Below, in pieces: positions 40,269 to 50,212 of a stretch of DNA of 64,000 nt (positions are counted from its first letter, which is position 1; the number at the start of each line of letters is the position of its first letter). Both the position numbers and the translations under genes were made by a program. The notes beneath the pieces are model-generated. The model did not search any database. It was given only the letters and a program-made list of their open reading frames with translations, and was not told where the DNA came from. This stretch comes from Bacteroidota bacterium (GTDB taxonomy: Bacteria > Bacteroidota > Bacteroidia > UKL13-3): contig JAAFJM010000015.1 in assembly GCA_013298895.1 (NCBI GenBank), forward strand, positions 7,811 to 71,810, read 5' to 3'.

Positions 40269-40571
40269 ATGTATACAAATACACTGCAAATAATTAAGGA
40301 AAATCCCATTGAAACATTTATATTAGGTAATCTTTATTTTATTATACCCTTAATACTTGTAGTAATATTTCTTTTTTTTACCAATAAATACTTGTTAAAT
40401 TTTAGTAACAAGTGTCCTAATTGTTCATCTGTTGATATTTCAAGAGTTAAAAAAAATAAATACTTAAAAACGATAGGATTTGACAATAAAACTATGAAAT
40501 TCAATTGTAGAAAGTGTCACTATAAATTTTATGTATTAGGAAATAATAGAGAGAAAAAAGTTAAGGTTTAA
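40269..40571 (+). CDS. Small membrane-anchored zinc-ribbon protein
   Basis: One TM, then CPNC...CRKC; stop overlaps the convergent mtgA stop. Confidence 0.65.
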   Translation: MYTNTLQIIKENPIETFILGNLYFIIPLILVVIFLFFTNKYLLNFSNKCPNCSSVDISRVKKNKYLKTIGFDNKTMKFNCRKCHYKFYVLGNNREKKVKV

Positions 40572-41305
40572 TCATTTTTCTTTTTCTGTTGCCAAGGTAT
40601 TTTAACATATTTCATGTATCTAACTAATATGGCTTCCTTCCGTGCAATGTATCTTGAGGGTTTATTGGCTGTCCATCTTCTAGGGTTTGGAAAACAAGCA
40701 ACTATCGAGGCTGCTTCTTGTTTGGTTAATTCGCTTGCTGATTTGTTGTAATAAAAATTTGCTGCAGCCTCTGCACCATAAATTCCTTTACCCATTTCTA
40801 TGATGTTAAGATATACTTCTAAAATTCTACGTTTATTCCAAAGTAATTCAATACTTATGGTAATATAAAACTCCAGCCCTTTTCTAATCCAGCTGCGACT
40901 AGGAGTAAAAAATAAATTTTTAGCAGTTTGCTGACTTATGGTACTTGCACCACGTAATTTTTTTCCTCCATTTATACTGCTTTCTATAGCTTTATAAATT
41001 TGTTCAAAATCAAAACCATAGTGCTCAAAAAATTGTAAATCCTCACCAACAATGGTAGCTTTTATCATGTTATTGCCAATATAATCAATTCCTCGCCAAG
41101 ATTTATTTAACCTAACTTCATCGCTGCCACCTATTTGTTCAACAAGCCTTACTAAATGCAATGGGGTAATTGGAACAGGAACTACTCGGTATAATACAAT
41201 AAGCATAAAACTATATTGCCAAGAAAGTAAAAATAACTTTAATAACCAGTTTTTAAGTTTAACTAGTTTTGCCTTAAGCGCTTTTATGTGTTTATTATTG
41301 TTCAA
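40568..41305 (-). CDS. mtgA: Monofunctional peptidoglycan transglycosylase
   Basis: ED..F..H.GFD, RGASTISQQTAKNLF, RKGLE, K.RILEVYLN..E.G.G.YG. Confidence 0.93.
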   Translation of the reverse strand: MNNNKHIKALKAKLVKLKNWLLKLFLLSWQYSFMLIVLYRVVPVPITPLHLVRLVEQIGGSDEVRLNKSWRGIDYIGNNMIKATIVGEDLQFFEHYGFDFEQIYKAIESSINGGKKLRGASTISQQTAKNLFFTPSRSWIRKGLEFYITISIELLWNKRRILEVYLNIIEMGKGIYGAEAAANFYYNKSASELTKQEAASIVACFPNPRRWTANKPSRYIARKEAILVRYMKYVKIPWQQKKKND

Positions 41306-41409
41306 AATATAAATTGCGCAGCAAGTTTACAAAATCATTATCAAATCTGTGTTTGTTTTATGTACAAAGCAGTGTTTATTTGTATCTTTTTAAAATATAA
41401 AAATAAATA

Positions 41410-42729
41410 GTGATACAAGCCTTTCAAATTAAACTTGCAATTTTCTTCATTTTATTTGCGTTACTTATAGATTCTTATAGTTGGCAGGCTATAAGAGCTT
41501 TGGTTAGGGATAAATCAAACCTTACACGTAAAATTTTTGCCTACATTTATTGGACTATACCTGTAATTGTAACTATTTATTTCATTCATGGACTTTTATT
41601 TCCTGGACAAAACAATAATAAATTTATAAAAATTTATTTCAACGGATTCTACTTTGTCATTTATGCATCCAAATTTGTGGTATGCTTATTTTTAGTTTTT
41701 GATGATTTGAAGCGACTTTCTAAAATTTGTTGGTTAGGCTTATTCAAATCAAGTAAAAAAAATCTGATTGAACCAACTCAAGGCGATACCCTTGAACATA
41801 TTCATGAAGAAAAAGAAGAAGAAAAGGAAAAAATTAGCCGTAGTCAATTTTTAGCAAGCACAGGTTTGTTGGTAGGTGCTGTTCCATTTATTATTTTGTC
41901 GCGTGGTATTATAAAAGGTGCTTACGATTACCGTGTTCGTAGGGTTCAGTTGTATTTGCCTAATCTTCCTTCTGGTTTCGAAGGTGTAAAAATTTTGCAA
42001 GTGAGTGATATACACTCGGGAAGTTTTACCAATAGAGATGCTGTTTACAAAGGCATTCAAATGATAAAAGCAGAAAATGCAGACGTAGTTTTTTTTACAG
42101 GCGATATAGTTAATAGTAAAACTGATGAATTATATGATTGGCAGAATCTTTTTGCCGAAATTAAAGCACCAATGGGTGTATTTAGTATTTATGGTAATCA
42201 TGATTATGGGGATTATGTAAATACTTGGAAAAGTAAAGAAGAAAAAGATAAGAATTTGGCGGATTTAGCAAATGCTCATAAAAATATGGGTTGGAATTTG
42301 CTAAGAAATGAACACATTACACTAACTAAAAATAACCAACGTATTGGAATTATAGGTGTTGAAAATTGGGGAGATAAAGGTCGTTTTCAAAAATATGGCG
42401 ATGTAGAAAAAGCCACTAAAAATATGCCTGATGTGCCTGTAAAACTATTATTATCACACGATCCAAGTCATTTTGATAGCATAGTAAGTAAGCAACATCA
42501 AGAAATAGATGTTACCTTTAGTGGTCATACACATGGTTTTCAATTTGGTGTTGAAATTGGTGGTTTTAAATGGAGTCCTTCTCAATACATTTATCCTCAT
42601 TGGGCTGGATTATACCAAGAAGGTCGCCAACAATTATATGTGAACAGAGGATTTGGGTTTTTAGGTTACCCAGGAAGGGTTGGCATTTTACCTGAAATTA
42701 CGGTATTTACTTTAACTAAAAATAGTTAA
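41410..42729 (+). CDS. Membrane-anchored metallophosphoesterase (YkuE-like)
   Basis: SDIH, TGD, GNHD, LLSHDP, SGHTHG.Q, G.G..G.PGR.G..PEI. Confidence 0.9.
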   Translation: MIQAFQIKLAIFFILFALLIDSYSWQAIRALVRDKSNLTRKIFAYIYWTIPVIVTIYFIHGLLFPGQNNNKFIKIYFNGFYFVIYASKFVVCLFLVFDDLKRLSKICWLGLFKSSKKNLIEPTQGDTLEHIHEEKEEEKEKISRSQFLASTGLLVGAVPFIILSRGIIKGAYDYRVRRVQLYLPNLPSGFEGVKILQVSDIHSGSFTNRDAVYKGIQMIKAENADVVFFTGDIVNSKTDELYDWQNLFAEIKAPMGVFSIYGNHDYGDYVNTWKSKEEKDKNLADLANAHKNMGWNLLRNEHITLTKNNQRIGIIGVENWGDKGRFQKYGDVEKATKNMPDVPVKLLLSHDPSHFDSIVSKQHQEIDVTFSGHTHGFQFGVEIGGFKWSPSQYIYPHWAGLYQEGRQQLYVNRGFGFLGYPGRVGILPEITVFTLTKNS

Positions 42730-42763
42730 GGTAATAGGCTGTATTTTTTAGCCTATTACCTTT
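42728..42763. terminator. Bidirectional terminator between the phosphoesterase and porX
   Basis: AAGGTAATAGGCT...AGCCTATTACCTT. Confidence 0.8.
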
Positions 42764-42774
42764 ATTGGTTGTAT

Positions 42775-44328
42775 TTATTTAGTTTCCAGAACAATGAATG
42801 GAACTATCATTTCTTCTAAACTAATTCCACCATGTTGAAACGAATTGTTATACATGTTTACATGGTAGTTATAATTGTTAGGATAAGCCATAAAATCTTC
42901 TCCAGTAGCAAATGCGTAGCTAGTACTCATATTTTGTTTTGGTAAAAATAGGTCAGCTGGATTTTTTACTCCAAATAACTCTTTGGCATTATAGCTTAAA
43001 TTACGTCCTTGTTTGTAGCGTAAATTAGTGCTAGTACTTTTATCTCCAATAATTTTTACTGGATTTTTTACCCTAATTGAACCATGATCGGTTGTAATAA
43101 TTACACGTACTTTTTTCTGAGCAATTTTTTTGATGGTTTCAAATAATGGAGAATGTTCAAACCAACTTGCTGTAATACTGCGGTAAGCAGCTTCATCTTC
43201 GGCTAGTTCTTTCATTACATTCATTTCGGTACGCACATGGCTCAGCATATCTACAAAGTTGTAAACTATTACGTTAAATTTGTTATCCATAAAATTAGCT
43301 ACATCATCTATTAAGTTTTTACCTGCTTGTAAATTGGTAACTTTGGTGTAGGTAATTTTTTCTTTATAGCCCAAGCGTTGCATTTGTTTATTAATGAACT
43401 CTTCTTCATAAATATTCTTGCCTTCATCCTCCTCTTCATTTACCCAAAGGTTTGGATATAATTTTTCAATTTCACTCGGCATCATACCTGCAAAAAAGCT
43501 ATTTCTAGCATAATGAGTAGTAGTAGGTAAAATAGTTAAATAAGTATCTTCGCTAATAATATTAAAGTATTCTGTCAACTGGTTTTGAACCATTTTCCAT
43601 TGATCGTACCTAAAATTATCAATCATAATTAAAAAGGTAGGTATTTCTTTATCAATGGCGGGCATCAGTTTTTTATTAACCACTGTATGACTCATGGCAG
43701 GAGTTTGCGCATTAGGTTTCTTTAAAAAATCAATAAAGTTTTTTTCAATATATTTAACCCAAGCATTATTGGCATCGCGTTTTTGCATGGCCAAAATTTC
43801 GTCCATTCCAGTGTCGCCACTTTTAGCCAATTCTAATTCCCAATAAATTAATTTTTTGTAAAGCGCTACCCAACTTTCGTAACCATCTACATCATATAAT
43901 TCCATGGCTATTTGCCTAAACTCTTGTTGGTAGTTTTGAGCAGTTTTTTCAGTAACCAATTGCTTACTATCCAAAATGCGTTTAAGCGAAAGTAAAATTT
44001 GGCTTGAGTTAACAGGCTTAATTAAGTAATCAGCTATTTGATTACCAATAGCATCTTCCATAATATGTTCTTCTTCGCTTTTGGTAATCATAACTATGGG
44101 CACTTCGGGCATTATGGCTTTTATTTGGCTCAATGCCTCTAAACCACTAATACCTGGCATGTTTTCATCTAAAAAAATTACATCATAACGTTTTAGTTTT
44201 ACTGCATCTACTGCATCTACACCGCTAGTTACTTTATCTACAGTATATCCTTTGTTGGTTAAATAAATTATATGAGGCTTTAATAAATCTATCTCATCAT
44301 CGGCCCATAAAATGCTTGTATTGCTCAT
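42775..44328 (-). CDS. porX: T9SS response regulator PorX (receiver plus PglZ/alkaline-phosphatase domain)
   Basis: ILWADDEIDLLKPH, FLDENMPG, MITKSEEE; IDN.RYDQW; LPT.T.YARN; TTDHG; FQHGGISLEEM. Confidence 0.92.
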   Translation of the reverse strand: MSNTSILWADDEIDLLKPHIIYLTNKGYTVDKVTSGVDAVDAVKLKRYDVIFLDENMPGISGLEALSQIKAIMPEVPIVMITKSEEEHIMEDAIGNQIADYLIKPVNSSQILLSLKRILDSKQLVTEKTAQNYQQEFRQIAMELYDVDGYESWVALYKKLIYWELELAKSGDTGMDEILAMQKRDANNAWVKYIEKNFIDFLKKPNAQTPAMSHTVVNKKLMPAIDKEIPTFLIMIDNFRYDQWKMVQNQLTEYFNIISEDTYLTILPTTTHYARNSFFAGMMPSEIEKLYPNLWVNEEEDEGKNIYEEEFINKQMQRLGYKEKITYTKVTNLQAGKNLIDDVANFMDNKFNVIVYNFVDMLSHVRTEMNVMKELAEDEAAYRSITASWFEHSPLFETIKKIAQKKVRVIITTDHGSIRVKNPVKIIGDKSTSTNLRYKQGRNLSYNAKELFGVKNPADLFLPKQNMSTSYAFATGEDFMAYPNNYNYHVNMYNNSFQHGGISLEEMIVPFIVLETK

Positions 44329-44459
44329 TAGTTTTTAATTGTTTTTTGCAAAGATTACTTGTTTACTTAAAAATAAAAATAGTTTGTGTGTTAATTTGGT
44401 TTACTTTTATAAAAGGTAAATATAACGCAGTTTTCGGAGTTTTAGTGTTTTTGTTTATT

Positions 44460-44502
44460 AACGTTGCGGCAGACCTGCGTGTCTGCCCGAAAAATGATAA
44501 AA
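44460..44502. repeat. REP-like palindromic repeat, copy 1
   Basis: AACGTTGCGGCAGACCTGCGTGTCTGCCCGAAAAATGATAAAA; hairpin GGCAGAC...GTCTGCC. Confidence 0.8.
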
Positions 44503-44598
44503 CCAAAAAATAAGAAACAAACGTTTAAAGGATTGTAATCCATTTTCATTTTTTTAATTAATTCAAAAAACTTTTGCGTAATTGCTGTTGATATAAAT

Positions 44599-45606
44599 AT
44601 GCTAACAATGAAACCCAAAATCTTGCTTATTCTTTTATTTTTAAATCTAACTTCTTTTGCACAAATAAGCTATTTATTAAACATAGATTCAATTCCTAAA
44701 ACGCCCAATTTACCGCAACACCTAGTCTTGTATTATAAAAATGCCAATGAAGCCAAATGGCTTTTTTACAATAAAAAATACAAAGAAGCCATCGTAAAAT
44801 ATAAAACCGCCTTTGAAATAGCCAAGCCACAAGCGCAGCATATTGGCGATTTGATGCAATGCTATTTTGAGTCAAATCAAAAAGACTCTGCCGTAAAATA
44901 TGCCGAATTTTGTATAAAAAACTTTGGACTTGATGTATATAGAATGGTAAAAGATTCGAGTATTAATAGCTTTTATAGTTTAGAGATTTTCAAAAAACCT
45001 TTGTCAGAATTTTATGCCAAAGATAATACTATTAGGAAAGTGATTATGATTGAACATTACTTACACAATGACCATTTTTTTAGATCAGAGTTTGCTAATT
45101 TTAACTTGGGAAATGAAGTAAAAAACAAAGATGAATTTGCTTTTAAAATAGCACTACAATATGATAGTATTTATGCAATTCCATACATTACAAATTTGAT
45201 TAAAGAATTCAACTTTCCAAATGAATACGATATTGGTTATTACTCAGTCAAAAATATAATGTTTTTGTTGCGCCATTATAATATTGAAAGAGATGTTTAC
45301 GATAGCGCACTTTATAACGGAAAAACGTTGCCTGAAGATTATGCTAGCTTAACAGATTATAAGTTCAATACGGACTGGGAAGCCTTAATAAAAGAAAACA
45401 AGTTTAGACCAAAAAATAATTATGGTCCAAATTTGAAAGAAATAAATAACAAAATGGTAGTTGGTGAATTAGATGATATTGAAAATGTAGATAAAAGACG
45501 AGAAGCCATTGGATTAATGCCTTTGTGGCAATATGCCAAATACAAAAAATTTGAATTGTCGGATGCTTATAAAAATGTTCTCAAAAAACAAAAAATTAAA
45601 TACTAA
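44599..45606 (+). CDS. Secreted DUF6624-like helical protein
   Basis: Signal peptide; D...R...I....FP....G.......L.H; PEDYA...D; DDIENVDKRREAIGLMPL. Confidence 0.65.
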   Translation: MLTMKPKILLILLFLNLTSFAQISYLLNIDSIPKTPNLPQHLVLYYKNANEAKWLFYNKKYKEAIVKYKTAFEIAKPQAQHIGDLMQCYFESNQKDSAVKYAEFCIKNFGLDVYRMVKDSSINSFYSLEIFKKPLSEFYAKDNTIRKVIMIEHYLHNDHFFRSEFANFNLGNEVKNKDEFAFKIALQYDSIYAIPYITNLIKEFNFPNEYDIGYYSVKNIMFLLRHYNIERDVYDSALYNGKTLPEDYASLTDYKFNTDWEALIKENKFRPKNNYGPNLKEINNKMVVGELDDIENVDKRREAIGLMPLWQYAKYKKFELSDAYKNVLKKQKIKY

Positions 45607-45612
45607 ACAACT

Positions 45613-46617
45613 ATGAAACACAAACTTCTTTTAAAATTCAGCATTGCCTTTTGCCTATTTTTTGCAATTGCGCAGCAAGCATTCAGCCAAACCCAAAAAT
45701 CTTATTTGGGATATTACAGCTTAATCAATGAAGCTGAAATGTTAACCTTTGAAAACAAAAACGAACAAGCTTTACAAAAATATTTGGAAGCCTTTAAACA
45801 ATATGATGGCTTTGAAGAAGATTATTTAAAGGCAGTGAAATTGGCTTTGAAACAAACTAATGCTGAAATAACTTTTAATTTATTAAAAGAAAAAGCACAA
45901 AAAACAGGTTGGTTTACCGATGAATTATTTGATAAAAATAAAATAGATAGTTTTACACAAACTAAAATGGGAAAACTATATTTAAAAAATAAAGAAAATT
46001 GGTTTGAACAAAATAAAAAAGCATATGATTTGTATGCTTATGGTTTAACAAAATCAATAGATGCAATAGACCAATTTGTTAGAACTAATTTCTTAAGAAC
46101 TAGTAAAAATAACTTCATAAATGATAGTTTGAAAAATGTAACATTTTATAATATTCTGAACGAAACGGATAATAAAAACTTTGCAAGATTCAAAGATTTT
46201 GTTTCAAATTATGGGTTCCCAGGAAAAAGTAAATTAGGTGGTAAGACCTTACATATAAGTACATTTATTACACATGTTTTTAAATACAGTGATATTTTAG
46301 ATAGCAATTGTTCTCAGTTTGATAAAGACAAGTTTTACTATTTAGATTCTTTGTTGAAAATTCAAATAATTAAAGGTGAATACAGATGTAATGATTTTGC
46401 ATATTGCTACGACTATTCATTAGGAAATGACAGCATTTCATATTATGCTTATCCTAGATATACTTTTAGTGAATCAGGTAAAAGAGTATTAATCAATTTT
46501 CCTGTTATTGACCCCAAAAACCTAAACAAACGAAGATCAGAAATTGGCCTAATGACTATAGAAGAACAATGTAAAATATATGGCGTTCCATTGCCACCAA
46601 ATTATAAATCAATTTAA
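45613..46617 (+). CDS. Secreted DUF6624-like helical protein (tandem paralog)
   Basis: Signal peptide; DQFVR; D..N......V..YGFPG...LG; DPKNLNKRRSEIGL. Confidence 0.65.
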   Translation: MKHKLLLKFSIAFCLFFAIAQQAFSQTQKSYLGYYSLINEAEMLTFENKNEQALQKYLEAFKQYDGFEEDYLKAVKLALKQTNAEITFNLLKEKAQKTGWFTDELFDKNKIDSFTQTKMGKLYLKNKENWFEQNKKAYDLYAYGLTKSIDAIDQFVRTNFLRTSKNNFINDSLKNVTFYNILNETDNKNFARFKDFVSNYGFPGKSKLGGKTLHISTFITHVFKYSDILDSNCSQFDKDKFYYLDSLLKIQIIKGEYRCNDFAYCYDYSLGNDSISYYAYPRYTFSESGKRVLINFPVIDPKNLNKRRSEIGLMTIEEQCKIYGVPLPPNYKSI

Positions 46618-46619
46618 CC

Positions 46620-46662
46620 AACGTTGTGGCAGACCAGCTTTTCTGACCGAAAAATGATAAAA
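46620..46662. repeat. REP-like repeat, degenerate copy 2
   Basis: AACGTTGTGGCAGACCAGCTTTTCTGACCGAAAAATGATAAAA, same orientation as 44460. Confidence 0.8.
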
Positions 46663-46669
46663 TAATCGG

Positions 46670-46712
46670 TTAATGCCTTTGTGGCAATATGCCAAATTCT
46701 AAAAATTTTGAA
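46670..46712 (+). pseudogene. Duplicated 3' fragment of the 44599-45606 gene
   Basis: TTAATGCCTTTGTGGCAATATGCCAAAT identical to 45514-45541, with further partial similarity. Confidence 0.7.
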
Positions 46713-47013
46713 GCTCCAAGGCAATTGATAAAATGGCTTTTATATTCCACAGGTTAATCTAGCAAGCTTTCGGGAAGTGGCAATTTATATTTAGTTCTTG
46801 GTTGTTCCTTGTTCATGTTTATGCCAAGCAGCACCAATAAGAATTTTTGAATTTAGCTTAAAAAACAGGTTTATCAATTCAGTTTTTAATTTCATTGTCA
46901 GTTTTTTGCCATTTAAATACTTTGTGAGGCAAAAAATCAAATTCTGCTATTTTCAAAAAAACTATATAAACCAAAGCATTGTTTAGTGGGTAAACCCAAA
47001 ACAATTATATATT

Positions 47014-47889
47014 ATGAAAAAACAATTTCTTTTACTAACCATGGTTAGTTTGCTTTTTAGTTCGTGTGCAGTAGTGCTTCAAGATGAAATAGGTGTAAAA
47101 AGAACCTTAGGAAGAGTTAATGAAAAAATTCACTACCCAGGAGCAGTTGTTTACAATCCATTTTTATCAAGAGTAATAAAAGTTCCAATTAGAACTATCA
47201 ATTTAGCCATAAACGCTTCCCTTCCAAGCAAAGAAGGTTTAACCATTCAATCTGAAATATCCATTTTATATAAAATAAAAACATCTGAATTACCCAATAT
47301 TTTAAAAAATACCGGATTAAACTTTCAGGATGTAGTAATACTTCCTGTATTTAGGTCGGCAGCGGCAGATATATGCGCCAAATACGAAGCCAAAGATATG
47401 CATAGCAATAAGCGCAGTGTTATTGAAAAAGAAATTAAAGAACGTATGATGGAAGTAGCCGAATCTAAAGGATTTATTATTGAATCGGTGTTAATGAAAA
47501 GCATTAGTTTACCTCCCGGATTAGCCAAAACCATTGAAGAAAAAATGCAATCGGAACAAGAAGCACAAAGAATGGAATTTTTAAAAGAACGCGAAAAACG
47601 TGAAGCTGAAAGAAAAATATTACAAGCCGAAGGCGAAAAACAAAGTAGAATTATAGCAGCCGAAGCTCAAAAAAGAATCATAGAAATAGAGGCTGAAGGT
47701 AAAGCAAATGCACTAAAAACAGAAGCGGAAGCACAAATGAAAGCCAACCAAATGTTAAATAGCAGCTTAACTCCGCAGGTGTTAAAAGCAAAACAAATTG
47801 AAGCTTTTAAATCGCTTTCGGGTTCAAATAATGCCAAAGTTATTATTACCGATGGTAAAACGCCATTAATTGGTATTCCTGAAAATTAG
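47014..47889 (+). CDS. SPFH/prohibitin (band 7) family protein, lipobox-like N-terminus
   Basis: LFSSC; LPSKEGL.I; P.FRSAA.D; IE.K...EQEAQRM coiled coil. Confidence 0.9.
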   Translation: MKKQFLLLTMVSLLFSSCAVVLQDEIGVKRTLGRVNEKIHYPGAVVYNPFLSRVIKVPIRTINLAINASLPSKEGLTIQSEISILYKIKTSELPNILKNTGLNFQDVVILPVFRSAAADICAKYEAKDMHSNKRSVIEKEIKERMMEVAESKGFIIESVLMKSISLPPGLAKTIEEKMQSEQEAQRMEFLKEREKREAERKILQAEGEKQSRIIAAEAQKRIIEIEAEGKANALKTEAEAQMKANQMLNSSLTPQVLKAKQIEAFKSLSGSNNAKVIITDGKTPLIGIPEN

Positions 47890-47917
47890 GTACTAGCTTT
47901 TTAATTTAATAGGCAAT

Positions 47918-47961
47918 AAAACAGCACTTACCAATATTTTATGGTAAGTGCTGTTTTTTTT
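47918..47961 (+). terminator. Terminator after the SPFH gene
   Basis: AAAACAGCACTTACCA...TGGTAAGTGCTGTTTT followed by T run. Confidence 0.85.
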
Positions 47962-48459
47962 GATTAGAGAGATAGATAGATACCATCTCGCCATTATTGG
48001 CATTTAAGCAATGCAGCACCAATAATAATTTTAAACATACTTTACACCCTAGCTAATGCCGAAAGTTTTCGGGAAGGGGCAGTGGATAAAATGGAATATT
48101 TTTTTTTCCACAGGCTAATTCCGAAAGCTTATCAGAACATGTGGCAATTCATCTTTAATGCTGAGCTTATTACAAGGCATTATTCATCAATACCTAATTC
48201 GGAAATGCTGGATTTTAGCTGGCTCAATTTCCCTATAAAATTAAACTTGCTTTAATAAACCTAATTGATATTTTTGTTTTGTAAGAAAGCTAAACTATTA
48301 AAGAGCTAATAGACCAATTATCAGCAGGCAGAAAGCTTAGAAACCTGCGGAGAAGAAGTAATAATTTTAGGAGTAAAAAGTAATAGCTGTTGGTGACGCT
48401 TTGCTAGAGAACAACAGAGAGGTAAAAAATAAAATATTCATTAACTTTGTGAAATAAAT

Positions 48460-49992
48460 TTGAAAAAAGAAATGGACGATGTATTATTATTAGCTGACAA
48501 AGTAAGAAATACTCTAATTCTTGGTGAAAGCCATTTTAGAGAATTTAAATCCGCTTTGGAAGGACGACCTGACAATAAAAAGCCTGGATTAGTAAAACAT
48601 ATATGTGCTTATATTGGAGAGGCATTAGTTTCGTTTGCAAATGCAGATGGTGGTGCGGTATTAATTGGAGTAGAAGATGATGGAACCATTTCTGGAATTC
48701 CACATACTGAAGAAGATATACAAACTATGCTCAATTCTATTCATACACATATTTATCAAAATCAACAACTTCCATTAAATAATGCTAATAAACTTATTTT
48801 AGAAGGCAAAACAATTTTATATTTTTCGGTAAATAAAGGAACAACGATGATATATCAACTTCCAGACGGAAGATGTGTAAGACGAAAAGACAAATCAACT
48901 ATGCCTGCTTCTGTTGACCAAATTCAGTTTGAAAGACAAGAAGTTAAATCAAGAGAATATGATAGTCAATTTGTAGATGGAGCAATGGTAACAGATTTAG
49001 ATGTTAGATTGCTTCAAGGTATTGCAGACCAATATATTAAAGGATTAAGCATAGAAAGGTATTTACAACAAATTGGGCTTGCAGAATATGCTCAAAATGG
49101 TTTAAGACTAAAACGAGCAGCTTTATTACTTTTTGCAACAGACATCGACAGATGGCATCCACGAAGCCAAGTAAGGTTTCTAAAGGTAAAAGGTAATACT
49201 TTAGAAGCTGGAGAAAAGTACAATGTTGTAAGCGATGATACAGTAAAAGGAAATATATTTGATTTGGTAATTAAATCGTGGGAACATTTACGTTCATATT
49301 TAGCCTATAAAACAGAATTTGGAACCAATTCTCAATTTGAACAAAAGTATATTTACCCAGAAGATGCTGTTCGTGAAGCCATTTTAAATGCAATTGCACA
49401 TAGAGATTATAGTATTGCAAATGCAATTGAAATTTATATTTTCAATGACAGAATGGAAATAAAAAGTCCGGGAGCATTGATTTCAACTCTAACTGTCAAA
49501 AATTTATATGAACTAGAAGGTTCTCACGAATCAAGAAATTCACTTATAGCAAGAGTTTTGAGAGAAAATAAATTAATGAGGGAGCTTGGAGAAGGAATGA
49601 AAAGGATTTTTGGTTTGATGCAAGAGCAAGAACTTGAAAAACCTGAATTATATTCTAATGGACTTTGGTTTCGAGTTACTTTATCGAATAAAACTATATT
49701 TAGCTCTAAAGAATTAGAATGGCTTCAACAATTTGAAAAATTTGATTTAACAAAAAACCAAAAACAAATTATTTTATTAGGACTTGGCGACAAAGAAATT
49801 TCCAGTAATGATATTTTTAAGGCATTAAATATTAAAAATACTGAAACCGAAAAGTTTACACAAGAAGTTACTGTATTAAGAAATTATGGTATTCTTGAAA
49901 GTTTTGTTACTTCGGCAGAAGCACAGAAAATTAGTCGTAAAACAAAAAAGAATAGAAAAGATATACCAAGATATAAAGTGAAAGTGCCGTAA
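48460..49992 (+). CDS. Schlafen/AlbA_2 domain protein fused to HATPase_c_4 (RecG-C-like) and a C-terminal wHTH-like region
   Basis: GESHFREFKS; FANADGG..LIGVEDDG; YP..AVREAILNAIAHRDY; DR.EI.SPG; SRN..IA; RELGEGM. Confidence 0.85.
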   Translation: MKKEMDDVLLLADKVRNTLILGESHFREFKSALEGRPDNKKPGLVKHICAYIGEALVSFANADGGAVLIGVEDDGTISGIPHTEEDIQTMLNSIHTHIYQNQQLPLNNANKLILEGKTILYFSVNKGTTMIYQLPDGRCVRRKDKSTMPASVDQIQFERQEVKSREYDSQFVDGAMVTDLDVRLLQGIADQYIKGLSIERYLQQIGLAEYAQNGLRLKRAALLLFATDIDRWHPRSQVRFLKVKGNTLEAGEKYNVVSDDTVKGNIFDLVIKSWEHLRSYLAYKTEFGTNSQFEQKYIYPEDAVREAILNAIAHRDYSIANAIEIYIFNDRMEIKSPGALISTLTVKNLYELEGSHESRNSLIARVLRENKLMRELGEGMKRIFGLMQEQELEKPELYSNGLWFRVTLSNKTIFSSKELEWLQQFEKFDLTKNQKQIILLGLGDKEISSNDIFKALNIKNTETEKFTQEVTVLRNYGILESFVTSAEAQKISRKTKKNRKDIPRYKVKVP

Positions 49993-50212
49993 AACTCCAA
50001 AATAATGAATATTGTCTTAGGTTAACTATTTGACTCAGAAACTGGCTTTAAACATAGTTAGTTTATGGGTTAACCATTGCTGAATCCTACAAATCTAAAC
50101 CAACAGGATCTTTAATTTTTCGAAATTATTAATTTAGGCTCAAACAAGTGAAATTAAAAAATTATCCAATAATTCATTACACCTTTATTCATTCAGAAAA
50201 AGTAAAATTATT

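Noticed and set aside
42775..44328. PglZ domain suggesting a BREX defence system
   Set aside because: Receiver plus PglZ architecture is PorX; no brx genes nearby.
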